DNA from: Candidatus Omnitrophota bacterium
GTDB lineage: Bacteria > Omnitrophota > Gorgyraeia > Gorgyraeales > Gorgyraeaceae
NCBI GenBank assembly: GCA_018819285.1
Contig: JAHJQM010000042.1
Location: 45,778-109,777, forward strand
Reading direction: 5' to 3'
DNA: 64,000 bases
The notes beneath the pieces were generated by a model. The model was given only the letters and a program-made list of their open reading frames with translations. It was not told where the DNA came from and searched no databases. The translations under genes were made by a program, and so were the position numbers. Shown one piece after another: positions 37,165 to 48,048 of the stretch. Position 1 is the stretch's first letter, and every line of letters begins with the position of its first letter.

Positions 37165-39326
37165 TTCCTTCCTTTCTTAGCCAACGGTTCAATAAGAGCC
37201 CATAGAGCGAAAGAACGATTTCTTAATACATATTCCTGTTCACCCAACAATACCTGACTCTCTTGTTTATTATCATACGTATCAAATAAAAGTTCCCATT
37301 CCAATCCTGGCCTGTACGCTGGAAGGAGAAAAGAAACATCTTTGGCTGAAGCATTCATCATTAATAAGACTGTGTCTCCAATAATCCTCTCTCCTTGCTC
37401 ATCGACCTCCGGAATAGCATCTCCGGCCAAAAGTACCCCCAGGCATCGCACAGACGACGCGCTCCATGCTTCATCCGTCATTTCCTTCCCATCCATATCA
37501 AACCAGGTGATATCTTTGGCATCAGATCCGCGAATAAGCTGTCCCTGAAAAAATTTCCGTCTTCGAAAAACAGGTTGTTCTCTCCTCAAACGGATCAACT
37601 GGCGTGTAAAATAAAGCAGGCTTTCTTTTTCCGGAGTTAATTTCCAATCAACCCAGCTCAATTCATTATCCTGGCAGTATGTATTATTATTCCCTTTGTG
37701 AGTGCGTCCGATTTCATCGCCAGCAAGGATCATAGGAACCCCTTGCGATAGAAGAAGGGTTGCCAAAAAATTCCGTTTCTGGCGCTGACGTAACGCTAAA
37801 ATGACCTCGTCCTCCGCAGGCCCTTCTACGCCGCAATTCCAGCTGATATTATCATTCGACCCGTCAGCATTATCCTCGCCATTGACCTCATTATGTTTTT
37901 GGTCATAGCTGACCAAATCCTCTAAAGTAAATCCATCATGGCAGGTGATAAAATTAATACTCGCATAAGGATGCCGGCCGCCCTGCTCATAAAGATCGCT
38001 GCTGCCGCTTAAACGGGTAGCAAATTCACCTACCGTTCCTCCATCCCCCTTCCAAAACCGCCGCATGACATCACGATATTTCCCGTTCCATTCAGTCCAG
38101 CCTACGGGAAAATTTCCGACTTGGTAACCTCCTTGGCCCAAATCCCATGGTTCGGCAATCAATTTTACCTGAGAAATCACCGGATCCTGACAAATAACAT
38201 CGAAAAAAGCACCAAGTTTATCCACATTATACAACTCCCTGGCCAGCGCACTGGCTAAATCAAACCGGAATCCGTCAACATGCATCTCAAGCACCCAATA
38301 ACGCAAACTATCCATAATCATTTGAATGACACGCGGATGCTGCAGGTTAAGGGTATTGCCGCATCCCGTGAAATCCTGATAATAACGTGCATTCTCTTTC
38401 GAAATACGATAATAAGACGCATTATCAACGCCACGAAATGAAAGAGTAGGGCCCATATGGTTCCCCTCTCCAGTATGATTGTAGACGACATCCAAAATAA
38501 CCTCGATGCCTGCCTGATGAAGCATGGACACCATTTTTTTAAACTCATTAACGCCTTCTTGTGGAATAACTGAGGAAGAATACCGTACATCAGGCGCAAA
38601 AAATGATAACGTATTATAACCCCAATAATTGCTCAAGCCTTTAGTAACCAAATGCCGGTCATCAATGTGATGATGAACTGGCATAAGCTCGAGAGCGGTA
38701 ATTCCCAGCTCCTTTAAATATTTGATAACTGAATCAGTAACCAACCCAGCGTAAGTACCTCTCGTAAGCACAGGCACTTGAGGATGCTGTATAGTGAATC
38801 CTTTCATATGAAGCTCATATATAATCGTACGATTCCAGGGAATCTTTGGAGGGTTATCTCCCTTCCAATCAAAATCAGAATCAATCACAACCGCCAACGG
38901 AGCTAAGACTGAGTTGTCTCTCTCGTCAAAAGATAAATCTTCTTCCTTGTCCCCTATCCGATACCCAAACATTTCATCGCACCAGCTAACGCGTCTGCCG
39001 ATAGCCTTTGCGTAAGGGTCCAAAATAATTTTATTGTGATTAAACCTATGCCCTGATTCTGGCTCATACGGCCCATAAACGCGATATCCATAAAGCTGCC
39101 CGGGACGCGTATCAGGAAGATAACAATGCCAAATCTGGTCAGTATTTTCCGGCATCAAAATCCGGATAGTTTCTTTTTTACTTTCTATAGACTCAAAAAG
39201 ACATAGTTCAACTTTTGTCGCATTTTCCGAGAATATGGCAAAATTAACTCCTTGCCCGTCCCAAAAAGAACCTAAAGGACTTGGTCGTCCAGGCCAAACA
39301 CGCATTTTTATTGTAGAATTTCCCAC
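37161..39326 (-). CDS. glgX: Glycogen debranching enzyme GlgX/TreX (GH13, isoamylase-type)
   Basis: The 721-aa ORF has an N-terminal CBM48 region (MRVWPGRPSPLGSFWDGQGVNFAIFSENATKVELCLF) and catalytic motifs (ILDVVYNHTGEG; GFRFDLAS; AEPWD). Confidence 0.85.
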   Translation of the reverse strand: MGNSTIKMRVWPGRPSPLGSFWDGQGVNFAIFSENATKVELCLFESIESKKETIRILMPENTDQIWHCYLPDTRPGQLYGYRVYGPYEPESGHRFNHNKIILDPYAKAIGRRVSWCDEMFGYRIGDKEEDLSFDERDNSVLAPLAVVIDSDFDWKGDNPPKIPWNRTIIYELHMKGFTIQHPQVPVLTRGTYAGLVTDSVIKYLKELGITALELMPVHHHIDDRHLVTKGLSNYWGYNTLSFFAPDVRYSSSVIPQEGVNEFKKMVSMLHQAGIEVILDVVYNHTGEGNHMGPTLSFRGVDNASYYRISKENARYYQDFTGCGNTLNLQHPRVIQMIMDSLRYWVLEMHVDGFRFDLASALARELYNVDKLGAFFDVICQDPVISQVKLIAEPWDLGQGGYQVGNFPVGWTEWNGKYRDVMRRFWKGDGGTVGEFATRLSGSSDLYEQGGRHPYASINFITCHDGFTLEDLVSYDQKHNEVNGEDNADGSNDNISWNCGVEGPAEDEVILALRQRQKRNFLATLLLSQGVPMILAGDEIGRTHKGNNNTYCQDNELSWVDWKLTPEKESLLYFTRQLIRLRREQPVFRRRKFFQGQLIRGSDAKDITWFDMDGKEMTDEAWSASSVRCLGVLLAGDAIPEVDEQGERIIGDTVLLMMNASAKDVSFLLPAYRPGLEWELLFDTYDNKQESQVLLGEQEYVLRNRSFALWALIEPLAKKGRK

Positions 39327-39363
39327 ACTCTCTCCCTGAACATACCAGCTATATATATTTTAT

Positions 39364-41316
39364 TTAAAACGGTCCTTCTGGTTGAAATTTTTGTTGCTTG
39401 AAAAAAAGAATTGCCAACGGCGGTATAACAAGTGAAAGCGAATAAAATTTACCCTGTGAAGGCAGCGGGGCCGCCTCTGTTCCTCCCATATTACCGTATC
39501 CACTGCCGCCATATTCCTTGGCGTCACTGTTCAAGACTTCTTTCCAATATCCTCCCAAGGGAATGCCAATTTTATAATTTGTCCGCGGCACCGGGGTAAA
39601 ATTACAAACCACCAGAATCGGAGAAGCCGATGATTTGGCTCGGCGCATAAAGCTTAGGATCCCCCGTTCCCAATCCTGGCAATCCATCCATTCAAATCCT
39701 TGACCATCAAAATCATTTTCGTGCATCGCTAACTCCGTCTTGTACATATAGTTTAACTCCTTTAACCAACGCTGGAGTTGTTGATGCTTCGGATGTTCCA
39801 AAAGATACCAATCCAAACTGCGGTCATGATCCCATTCCGAACGCTGGCCAAATTCCTGACCCATAAAAAGAAGCTTCTTCCCAGGATGTCCATACATATA
39901 GCCATAAAGCAGCCGCAGATTGGCAAACTTCTGCCAATCATCCCCTGGCATTTTATTAATCAGCGAGCCCTTGCCATGAACAACCTCATCGTGCGAAAGC
40001 GAAAGTAAAAAGTTCTCAGTGAAAGCATACAATAAACTAAAAGTCAGCTGGTTATGATAGAATTTACGGTAAAGAGGGTCCTTGGAAAAATAATCCAATG
40101 TATCGTGCATCCAGCCCATGTTCCATTTCATGCCAAATCCTAATCCGCCCATAAAAGTAGGCCGCGATACCATCGGCCAGGCCGTAGATTCTTCGGCAAT
40201 CATCTGCGTATCTGGATAATTTTGATAAACCTGAAGATTAAGTCTCTTAATAAAATTAACCGCTTCAATATTCTCCCGGCCACCGAACTGGTTAGGAATC
40301 CATTCCCCTGGTTTGCGCGAATAATCCAAATAGAGCATAGATGCCACAGCATCTATGCGCAATCCGTCTATATGATACTTATCCAGCCAGAACAATGCGC
40401 TGCTGGTCAAGAAACTACAAACCTCATTGCGGCCGTAATTAAAGATAAAAGTCTTCCAATCCGGATGAAACCCTTTGCGCGGGTCTGCATGTTCAAATAA
40501 ACTTGTTCCGTCAAAAAACGCCAGCCCATTAGCATCGGAAGGAAAATGAGATGGGACCCAATCCAGGATAACGCCTATCCCGTTTTGATGCAGGTATTCC
40601 ACTAAATACATAAAGTCCTGTGGCAAACCGTAGCGGCTAGTCGGCGCAAAATATCCAAGAGTCTGATAACCCCATGAGCCATAAAAAGGATGTTCCGTAA
40701 GCGGAAGGAACTCTACATGAGTGAAATTCATGTCCCGTAAATATTGGGCTAGTTCCTTTGCGATTTCCCGGTAAGAATAAAACGCATGGCCTTCTTCTTT
40801 TCTCTTCCATGATCCCAGATGAACTTCATAAACCGAAAAAGGCGCTTGTAAGCTGTTTTTTATTTTGCGGTTCTGCATCCAATCTTCATCTTGCCACGAA
40901 AAATCCAGATCCCATATAATCGACGCTGTTTGAGAAGGTATTTCCGCATAGAAAGCAAATGGATCGCGTTTTTCAGAGCGATAATTCTTAAAATTTGAGA
41001 TAATAACATATTTATACAGATCCCCCTTGCGGACTCCTGGAATAAACCCTTCCCATATCCCAGAACCATCTTGTCGCGGAGCCAACTTATGAGCCTGATC
41101 ATTCCATCTATTAAAATCACCTATCACATTGACCGATTTAGCGTTAGGGGCCCAGACACCAAACGAGGCGCCTTCATCACCATTATGAACTCGTAAATGC
41201 GAGCCCAGCTTCTCATAAAGACGAACATGCGTGCCTTCCCGAAAAAGATAAACATCTTGTTCTGTCACCAAAGCCTGGTCGCATCTTATCGGTCCTATCA
41301 CGCGAGATTCGTTCAT
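39364..41316 (-). CDS. glgB: 1,4-alpha-glucan branching enzyme GlgB (short form)
   Basis: The 650-aa ORF has the motifs VYEVHLGSW; GVILDWVPSHF; GLRIDAVASMLY; and FMGQEFGQ. Confidence 0.85.
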   Translation of the reverse strand: MNESRVIGPIRCDQALVTEQDVYLFREGTHVRLYEKLGSHLRVHNGDEGASFGVWAPNAKSVNVIGDFNRWNDQAHKLAPRQDGSGIWEGFIPGVRKGDLYKYVIISNFKNYRSEKRDPFAFYAEIPSQTASIIWDLDFSWQDEDWMQNRKIKNSLQAPFSVYEVHLGSWKRKEEGHAFYSYREIAKELAQYLRDMNFTHVEFLPLTEHPFYGSWGYQTLGYFAPTSRYGLPQDFMYLVEYLHQNGIGVILDWVPSHFPSDANGLAFFDGTSLFEHADPRKGFHPDWKTFIFNYGRNEVCSFLTSSALFWLDKYHIDGLRIDAVASMLYLDYSRKPGEWIPNQFGGRENIEAVNFIKRLNLQVYQNYPDTQMIAEESTAWPMVSRPTFMGGLGFGMKWNMGWMHDTLDYFSKDPLYRKFYHNQLTFSLLYAFTENFLLSLSHDEVVHGKGSLINKMPGDDWQKFANLRLLYGYMYGHPGKKLLFMGQEFGQRSEWDHDRSLDWYLLEHPKHQQLQRWLKELNYMYKTELAMHENDFDGQGFEWMDCQDWERGILSFMRRAKSSASPILVVCNFTPVPRTNYKIGIPLGGYWKEVLNSDAKEYGGSGYGNMGGTEAAPLPSQGKFYSLSLVIPPLAILFFKQQKFQPEGPF

Positions 41317-41360
41317 CTGGATGCCTTCCCTTGTTCTTTAGATTTTGCAGCGCTACTTGC

Positions 41361-44300
41361 CTAAAAATGATTCAAGATATATCTAATCCCTCGAGCCGGA
41401 ATCATCATCCACTGCGGACGATTATTTAGCTCATATCCCAATTCGTAAACAGCCTTGTCCAACAAATATACTTGAAGCAGCATATTCAGTTCTTCCTGCT
41501 CCTTAGGCAAAAAATCTGCGCTGCCAATCGTTGCAAAATACGATTGTAAAAATATTTGGCTTATATGATCATACCAAAATTCCGAGGCAGCATCCAGGAA
41601 TACGACATCTACTTCCCGCACGGATTTATTAAGAAACAGCGTCGCATAGGCAGCATAGTGAAAAGACCTCAGCATCCCAGCAATGTCACGCAAGGCAGAA
41701 CGTTTAATCCGTCGTTCGCTTAAAGACCGTGCCGGCTCGCCTTCAAAATCAATAATCATAAAATCTTTCCCGGTAAAAAGAACCTGGCCCAAATGATAAT
41801 CCCCATGGACGCGAATCCTCTTGGCCTTGAATTTGGTTTGCAAAATAACTTTAAAACGATCGTAAATATCCCTTTCTGCTTCGAGAATAGGCGTAACCTC
41901 TCTTTGGATTTCATCTGGCAATTGATCTACTTTCTTACGTAACAGGCTTAACACTAACCTTGCTTGGCTTCCCATCGACTGATACACTGAGCGCTGATAA
42001 AGCGATGAAAAAGGTTCGGGTTCAAAATCCGGTTGATCTGCCTGAGCAGCCAATTGCTGATGCATCTCAGCAGTCCTCTGACCCAAAAGTTTTATCATCT
42101 CAATATAAAAAGGGTCTATAGCTAGTTTCAGGTCCATTGCCAACGCCGTGGGCAAAGACCCATCCGCAGCTACCGCTACGTTTGGAGCTTCTTTTTCTTT
42201 CGACTTCACTAACACGCGGTCAAAATAGACTCTAATCTGATCCGTAGTATAGCCCCATGCATCAGACTGAACCTGAACATATCCTTGCAGGACGCATAAG
42301 GCCATGGGTTCCGCCTTAGCCCGGCGGTATTCAATAGATCCGGCGAAAGGAGGCGTGTGGGTAAATTTTTTCTGCTCACTTAAGTAACGGGATATCTCAA
42401 TATCAGGATTAATTCCCTCTTCCAGCTTACGGAAACTTTTCATAAAAAACTTGTTATCAAAGACAATCGCAGTGTTGCTCTGCTCTGCCTTGAGAATTCG
42501 GGAAGAAAAACTTTGCTGGGAATCTCCTAGGAAAGATTTAAAATCCTTGCCTGGAAGCCCTAGAATCAAGGATCCGCCCTTTGTAATTTTTCGTTTTTGG
42601 GCAATGATACGAAAAAGCGACTGATGAAACGCCTGATCATAAATACCATCAAAAAGAAAGCCTTCGGTTCCATTAATAATTAATTTGCAAATAATACTCT
42701 GCGGGTAATCCCTAGCGATATACTTATCTTCCTTTGTGTAGACAAACGATATCGGCAATAAATAAGTCTCTGGAGCGCCAGTTACATATTGGACATTCAC
42801 AAAAGCGACTCTTGTGCCTCCGGGTTCCAGCGGAATGATTTCTGAAAAACGAGCCGTGCGGATTAATCTTGCTTTCCCCCCAAACCAGCGGCAACGGTTC
42901 AAATACTCCGGAAGGATTTCTGCCTCGATTTTATGAATAGCTTCTGGCAAAAAAACCTCCTCCCATGAATTTTCAACGCGAAAACCACTTTGCTCAATAT
43001 GCTGAAACGTCGCAGTCCCAGTTCTCTTTAATAAAAACCAGAAATGGCTATACGGTCCCAAAGTCATCATGTAAGGAATATCCTTAATCGTAGGAAAAGC
43101 ATTCTGGCTAAAAACTTCTTCCGGAACATAATCCCGGTATTCTTTCAAGTCCAATTCCACCGCTTGCGCAAACCTGGATAAATTAATCACGACTAACATA
43201 ATCTCATCCCCATAACAGCGGACAAAACTCAAAACTTTCGGATTATCAGGAAAAAGGAACTTAGTGGCTCCTTGGCTAAAAGCTCGGAATCTTTTACGCA
43301 TGGCAATAACTCGTCTCATCCACCACAGCGAAGAAGAAAGATTATTATCTTGCGTCTCGACATTGATAGTTTCATAGTGATATTCTGAATCAATAATGAC
43401 CGGAAGATAAAGCTCTTGTGGGTTCGCTCTTGAAAAACCGGCGTTGCGATCCGGACTCCATTGCATAGGAGTCCTCACGCCATCTCTGTCGCCTAAGAAA
43501 CGGTTATCTCCCATGCCAATCTCATCTCCATAATAAATGATAGGGGTTCCAGGAAGAGAAAAAAGCAGGATGTTGACTAAGTCTATCTTGCGCCTGTTAT
43601 TCCCCAAAAGCGGAACTAATCTACGACGAATACCCAGATTGATCTTTGACCGGGCATCTTTAGCATAAGACCGATACATATAATCTCTTTCCTCATCAGT
43701 AACCATTTCCAGAGTCAATTCATCATGATTCCGCAAAAAAATAGCCCATTGGCAGCTTTGCGGAATGTTGGGAGTTTGTTCTAAAATATCAACTAGCGGA
43801 AAACGATCCTCCATGTGCACGCTCATATAAATACGCGGCATGATTGGAAAATGAAAAGCCATATGACTCTCGTTTCCCTGCCCAAAATAAGCCGCAGCAT
43901 CTTCCGGCCACTGATTAGCCTCAGCTAATAACATCCGGTCTTTGAATTTAGCATCGATATGCTTTCGCAATTTTTGCAGAAATTGGTGCGTTTCCGGAAG
44001 ATTCTCGCAATTTGTCCCATCACGTTCAAATAGGTATGGTACTGCATCCAGGCGTAAGCCATCTACTCCTAAGCCAAACCAAAAATCTGCGATACGAAAG
44101 ATCTCCTTTTGGACATTAGGATTATCAAAATTCAAATCTGGCTGATGCGAGTAAAAACGATGCCAATAATATGCCTTGGTGTCTGCGTCCCAGGTCCAAT
44201 TAGACTGTTCAAAATCCTTAAAAATAATCCTGGCATCAGCATACCGGTCAGGTGTTTTGCTCCAAACATAATAATTGCGATAATTTGAATCCGGCTTCGC

Positions 44301-44681
44301 ATGCCTAGCTCGCTGAAACCATGGATGCTGATCGGATGTATGATTAATGACTAATTCTGTAATAACACGAAGCTTTCGTTGATGCGCTTCCCGTAAAAAT
44401 TCCTTAAAATCCCGCAATGTCCCATATGATGGATTAACATCGTAATAATCCGAGATATCATAACCGTCATCTTTTAAAGGGGAAGGATAAAACGGAAGCA
44501 ACCATATAGCCGATATACCAAGATTCTTTAAGTAATCCAGTTTTTGCGTCAACCCCTGAAAATCACCTACACCGTCTCCATCGCTATCATAGAAAGTTTT
44601 TATGTGCAGCTGGTAAATTATTGCATCTTTATACCAAAACGGATCGCTCTCAAGATAAGTGTTTTCTGTTGCCATTAGCAC
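41361..44681 (-). CDS. treS: Trehalose synthase / maltose alpha-D-glucosyltransferase fused to maltokinase (TreS-Pep2/Mak)
   Basis: The 1106-aa ORF has an N-terminal GH13 TreS region (LGISAIWLLPFYPSPLKDDGYDISDYYDVNPSYGTL; ELVINHTSDQHPWF; GLRLDAVPYL). The C-terminal ~450 aa are maltokinase-like (..VHGDYHLGQVLF..). Confidence 0.8.
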   Translation of the reverse strand: MLMATENTYLESDPFWYKDAIIYQLHIKTFYDSDGDGVGDFQGLTQKLDYLKNLGISAIWLLPFYPSPLKDDGYDISDYYDVNPSYGTLRDFKEFLREAHQRKLRVITELVINHTSDQHPWFQRARHAKPDSNYRNYYVWSKTPDRYADARIIFKDFEQSNWTWDADTKAYYWHRFYSHQPDLNFDNPNVQKEIFRIADFWFGLGVDGLRLDAVPYLFERDGTNCENLPETHQFLQKLRKHIDAKFKDRMLLAEANQWPEDAAAYFGQGNESHMAFHFPIMPRIYMSVHMEDRFPLVDILEQTPNIPQSCQWAIFLRNHDELTLEMVTDEERDYMYRSYAKDARSKINLGIRRRLVPLLGNNRRKIDLVNILLFSLPGTPIIYYGDEIGMGDNRFLGDRDGVRTPMQWSPDRNAGFSRANPQELYLPVIIDSEYHYETINVETQDNNLSSSLWWMRRVIAMRKRFRAFSQGATKFLFPDNPKVLSFVRCYGDEIMLVVINLSRFAQAVELDLKEYRDYVPEEVFSQNAFPTIKDIPYMMTLGPYSHFWFLLKRTGTATFQHIEQSGFRVENSWEEVFLPEAIHKIEAEILPEYLNRCRWFGGKARLIRTARFSEIIPLEPGGTRVAFVNVQYVTGAPETYLLPISFVYTKEDKYIARDYPQSIICKLIINGTEGFLFDGIYDQAFHQSLFRIIAQKRKITKGGSLILGLPGKDFKSFLGDSQQSFSSRILKAEQSNTAIVFDNKFFMKSFRKLEEGINPDIEISRYLSEQKKFTHTPPFAGSIEYRRAKAEPMALCVLQGYVQVQSDAWGYTTDQIRVYFDRVLVKSKEKEAPNVAVAADGSLPTALAMDLKLAIDPFYIEMIKLLGQRTAEMHQQLAAQADQPDFEPEPFSSLYQRSVYQSMGSQARLVLSLLRKKVDQLPDEIQREVTPILEAERDIYDRFKVILQTKFKAKRIRVHGDYHLGQVLFTGKDFMIIDFEGEPARSLSERRIKRSALRDIAGMLRSFHYAAYATLFLNKSVREVDVVFLDAASEFWYDHISQIFLQSYFATIGSADFLPKEQEELNMLLQVYLLDKAVYELGYELNNRPQWMMIPARGIRYILNHF

Positions 44682-44692
44682 ATCCTTTAATA

Positions 44693-46696
44693 TTACAAGA
44701 AATAATCAAAATCTTCTTCGCGTCGCAGATGCTTCTTGACCAAAATAATATGTGCAGGGCTACGCTGTGGATTTAACTCGATATAGCTTTTATCGCCCTG
44801 CCAGATATATTTATCATCACTCAACAAATCGTGCGCCAGATAAGGCCTATTTTTTTCCAAGCCCAGCTCATCCTTCGGGATCTGAAGCCACCCGACTTGA
44901 GTGTGATGAGGGTCAAGATTTACTACCACGATGATAATATTCGAATAATCCCCGGTTGCTTTATAAAAAGCTAGCAAGTTTTCGTTATCGACTGTGCAAA
45001 ATCGTATATTACGGGTCAATTGCAAACAAGGGTTTTCCTTACGAATTTTATTTAATCTAGCAAGGACATCTTTAAGATGTCCTTGCTTATTCCAATCCCA
45101 TGATTTTATTTCATATTTTTCCGAATCAAGATATTCTTCTTTCTCGGCAAGCGCATCCGAAACACATAACTCAAAAGCTGGTCCGTAAATGCCAAAGTTA
45201 GAAGATAGTGTTGCGGCCAAAACCGCACGCAGGATAAACGCAGGCCTCCCGCCATACTGCAAATGTTCAGGTAAGATATCAGGCGTGTTCGGCCAAAGAT
45301 TCGGTCGAAAATAGTCAGCGACTTCCGTGCTGGTTATTTCGGTCAGATAATCTTCAAATTCTTTTTTCGTATTCCGCCAAGTAAAGTATGTATACGATTG
45401 ACTAAAGCCTCCTTTGGCCAAGCGGAACATAACATTAGGCCGGGTAAACGCTTCGGCCAAAAAAATGACATCCGGACATGTTTTCTTTACTTCAGCGATA
45501 AGCCAATCCCAGAAATAGAATGGCTTAGTATGCGGATTGTCAACACGAAAAATCTTAACTCCCTGCTTAACCCAAAAAAGTACAATATTTTTTAATTCTT
45601 CATAAAGATTTTTTGAGTCCGCTGTTTCAAAATTTAATGGTAGAACATCCTGATATTTCTTTGGAGGATTTTCGGCATACTGTACGGTCCCATCCGGACG
45701 CCACTTGAACCAATCAGGATGCTCTTTTAAATACGGGTGGTCTGGTGAACATTGAAACGCGATATCTAACGCTACAGACAAGCCATGCCCATTGGCCTTT
45801 TTAACAAAACGCTGAAAATCTTCAAGCGAACCTAATTGCGGATGCACCGATTTGTGCCCGCCTTCCTTAGAACCAATGGCCCAAGGAGACCCAGGATCTT
45901 TCGGATTGTATTCCGAAGAATTATTTTTACCTTTGCGATAAGTTATCCCAATAGGATGGATAGGAGGTAAATAAACCACATTGAAACCCATGCGCGCAAT
46001 CTCAGGTAATATTCGTTCGCAATCTTTAAAAGTTCCATGCTTTCCTGGCTGAGAACCCCAAGACCTGGGAAAGAATTCATACCAGCTGCTAAACTGAGCT
46101 AATTTTGACTCTACAATAACCAACAATTCCTTGCCATATAGGGTTCTCTTATCTCTATTTAAATGAGCGTCGAGAATTTCCTGCAATTCTTGATTCATAA
46201 CAAGCGTCAAAGCCTCTTCGGTAGAAATTTGACCAACTAATTTTTTAGCCCATTTCCGTAATTTAACCTCTTCGGGTTTTGAACAACACTCAGCCCTCTC
46301 CTGGATCAACCGAGCCCCGATTTGCAGATCAATCGTTACATCCTGTTTCGCCTCGATTCTCTTCTTTAAATCATTACGCCACGAACTAAATTCCTGAATA
46401 TAGCCACAGATCGAATAAAGGTAGTTCTTTTCTTCTTCAATCGCAAAGGAACCGATCCACTGGTCATTACCCAGAGACTTCATGCGAACCTCTCGCCAAT
46501 CTGTTTCGTCCTGCCGGCGGAAAAGAAGCGTTGCGCATACCTCATCATGCCCATCGATAAAAACAGTAGCCCGCACAACAACTTTTTCGCTCACAATGCG
46601 CTTGATAGGGAATTTTCCTCCGTCAATTTCGGGAGAGACTTTTTCGATTACAATGCGCTGAAATTGTGGAGTATGCGTGTTTGGCATATTAGACAC
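44693..46696 (-). CDS. glgE: Alpha-1,4-glucan:maltose-1-phosphate maltosyltransferase GlgE
   Basis: The 667-aa ORF has a GlgE-type N-terminus (FQRIVIEKVSPEIDGGKFPIKRIVSEKVVVRATVFIDGHD) and a GH13_3 catalytic region (FRVDNPHTKPFYFWDW). It sits with treS-pep2 and glgB, i.e. the GlgE pathway. Confidence 0.8.
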   Translation of the reverse strand: MSNMPNTHTPQFQRIVIEKVSPEIDGGKFPIKRIVSEKVVVRATVFIDGHDEVCATLLFRRQDETDWREVRMKSLGNDQWIGSFAIEEEKNYLYSICGYIQEFSSWRNDLKKRIEAKQDVTIDLQIGARLIQERAECCSKPEEVKLRKWAKKLVGQISTEEALTLVMNQELQEILDAHLNRDKRTLYGKELLVIVESKLAQFSSWYEFFPRSWGSQPGKHGTFKDCERILPEIARMGFNVVYLPPIHPIGITYRKGKNNSSEYNPKDPGSPWAIGSKEGGHKSVHPQLGSLEDFQRFVKKANGHGLSVALDIAFQCSPDHPYLKEHPDWFKWRPDGTVQYAENPPKKYQDVLPLNFETADSKNLYEELKNIVLFWVKQGVKIFRVDNPHTKPFYFWDWLIAEVKKTCPDVIFLAEAFTRPNVMFRLAKGGFSQSYTYFTWRNTKKEFEDYLTEITSTEVADYFRPNLWPNTPDILPEHLQYGGRPAFILRAVLAATLSSNFGIYGPAFELCVSDALAEKEEYLDSEKYEIKSWDWNKQGHLKDVLARLNKIRKENPCLQLTRNIRFCTVDNENLLAFYKATGDYSNIIIVVVNLDPHHTQVGWLQIPKDELGLEKNRPYLAHDLLSDDKYIWQGDKSYIELNPQRSPAHIILVKKHLRREEDFDYFL

Positions 46697-46980
46697 CCTT
46701 TTTTTGAGTAAAATTTATTTTTAGCCCATATTAAATCTGAGAAAGCATCTAAATAATACAAAATGTACTAGAGTTGTTTATATTATACAGTTTTTAGGCT
46801 TACCAAACAACCGAAAAATTATTTATCTTTACAATAGAGATAAAGGGAGGTTATTTTTGAATTATTATTAGAAATTAAAGAGATTTTGGATTAGAGTTAT
46901 ATTAACTAACCCTTAATATTCTATGTTACGCCTTAACTCTTTTATTTACAATGACTTATGATAAGTATAGCTGCGCTAAG

Positions 46981-47080
46981 TTGTGTAAGTTATAACTCTA
47001 TCTCTTAACGCAAACAAGCCTATTACATAGAACATAACGCCAAATATCAAACAAAAAATGCCGACTGGCGGTTATTTTTT
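46981..47080. repeat. Copy 2 of the ~100-bp intergenic module (see 27221..27315)
   Basis: See copy 1. This copy lies in the 600-bp AT-rich gap upstream of glgE and downstream of the sulfite-reductase-like gene. Confidence 0.5.
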
Positions 47081-47304
47081 GTTTGATGCCGCAAAGACTT
47101 TTGCGGCGCAAGAAAATTGGCAAATCAGAGATGGAATTATTCAGGAAATTTGTCCAATATATCCGCTATTTTTTGGCCAGAATATCTCTACCTCTATTGC
47201 ATATAAAGAGATAAGCCATGTCCTATATAAAAACCTGAATAAAGGCTGATTAGACATTATTATTGCCCCTTTATTTTATGTCAAATGCAAATAAAATATA
47301 TATT

Positions 47305-48030
47305 TTACAGATTGCTGTCGTAACCCACCTCTTTAAAAAATTTATCCCTGCCGAATTCTTCAATCAATAATGCAAGCCTCTGCTTCGGCTTAGCGCGGGT
47401 TTTATAGAACCCTACAACTTTTTCTATTAAAGACAAAATCTCGCTTTCGGTAAAAATCTTATCCAGTTTAAAGCCTGTCCTGGGCGTCCTGCCACTACAC
47501 CCTCCCAGATAGATAGTAAAACCTATTCTTTTTTCAGACGAGGCCAAATCAACCTGGCCATGTATCCCTACCTCTGATACCTGAGGTCGCGTGCATCCGT
47601 TTGGGCATCCGGAAATAGCTATTTTGAATTTATGCGGCAGGTCCATGCCGCAGCGCAATCCCAGTTTATTCTCGATCTTATCGTAAATGGAAAATGTATC
47701 CACTAGGCCTGATTTGCACCAGTTGTTCCCAGGGCAACACGTAGTAGTCCTCATCCTGGGGCCTGATGTGCCTGGTTCAATGCCCAGCGATTTTACCCTC
47801 TTCCCTACTTCATCTATATCAGCAAATCTTATGAATGGGATCTCAATGCCCTGCCTAGTGGTCGTGTGCACAAAACCTTTTCCGTAATCGCCTGTTATCT
47901 TTACAATCCCATCAAGGTGCTCTTTTTTAAAAACAGCGTGCGGCATCTTCAATCTAAGAACAAAAAAACCATCCTGTTTCTGTCTCAAGAATCCTCTTTT
48001 TTTCAACGCGTCATAATCAATGGTTTCCAC
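47305..48030 (-). CDS. Small siroheme-[4Fe-4S]-type sulfite/nitrite reductase-like protein (low-molecular-weight assimilatory sulfite reductase type)
   Basis: The 241-aa ORF has the cluster/siroheme-binding Cys pattern CCPGNNWC (Cx5C) ... CPNGC (Cx3C). It sits next to siroheme-synthesis and APS-reductase genes. Confidence 0.65.
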   Translation of the reverse strand: METIDYDALKKRGFLRQKQDGFFVLRLKMPHAVFKKEHLDGIVKITGDYGKGFVHTTTRQGIEIPFIRFADIDEVGKRVKSLGIEPGTSGPRMRTTTCCPGNNWCKSGLVDTFSIYDKIENKLGLRCGMDLPHKFKIAISGCPNGCTRPQVSEVGIHGQVDLASSEKRIGFTIYLGGCSGRTPRTGFKLDKIFTESEILSLIEKVVGFYKTRAKPKQRLALLIEEFGRDKFFKEVGYDSNL

Positions 48031-48048
48031 AACTTTTCTCCTTTTTTA

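Noticed and set aside
47058-47249. 63-aa plus-strand ORF in the glgE upstream region
   Set aside because: It has no RBS and no recognisable motif, and it begins inside the conserved intergenic repeat. It is more likely non-coding.
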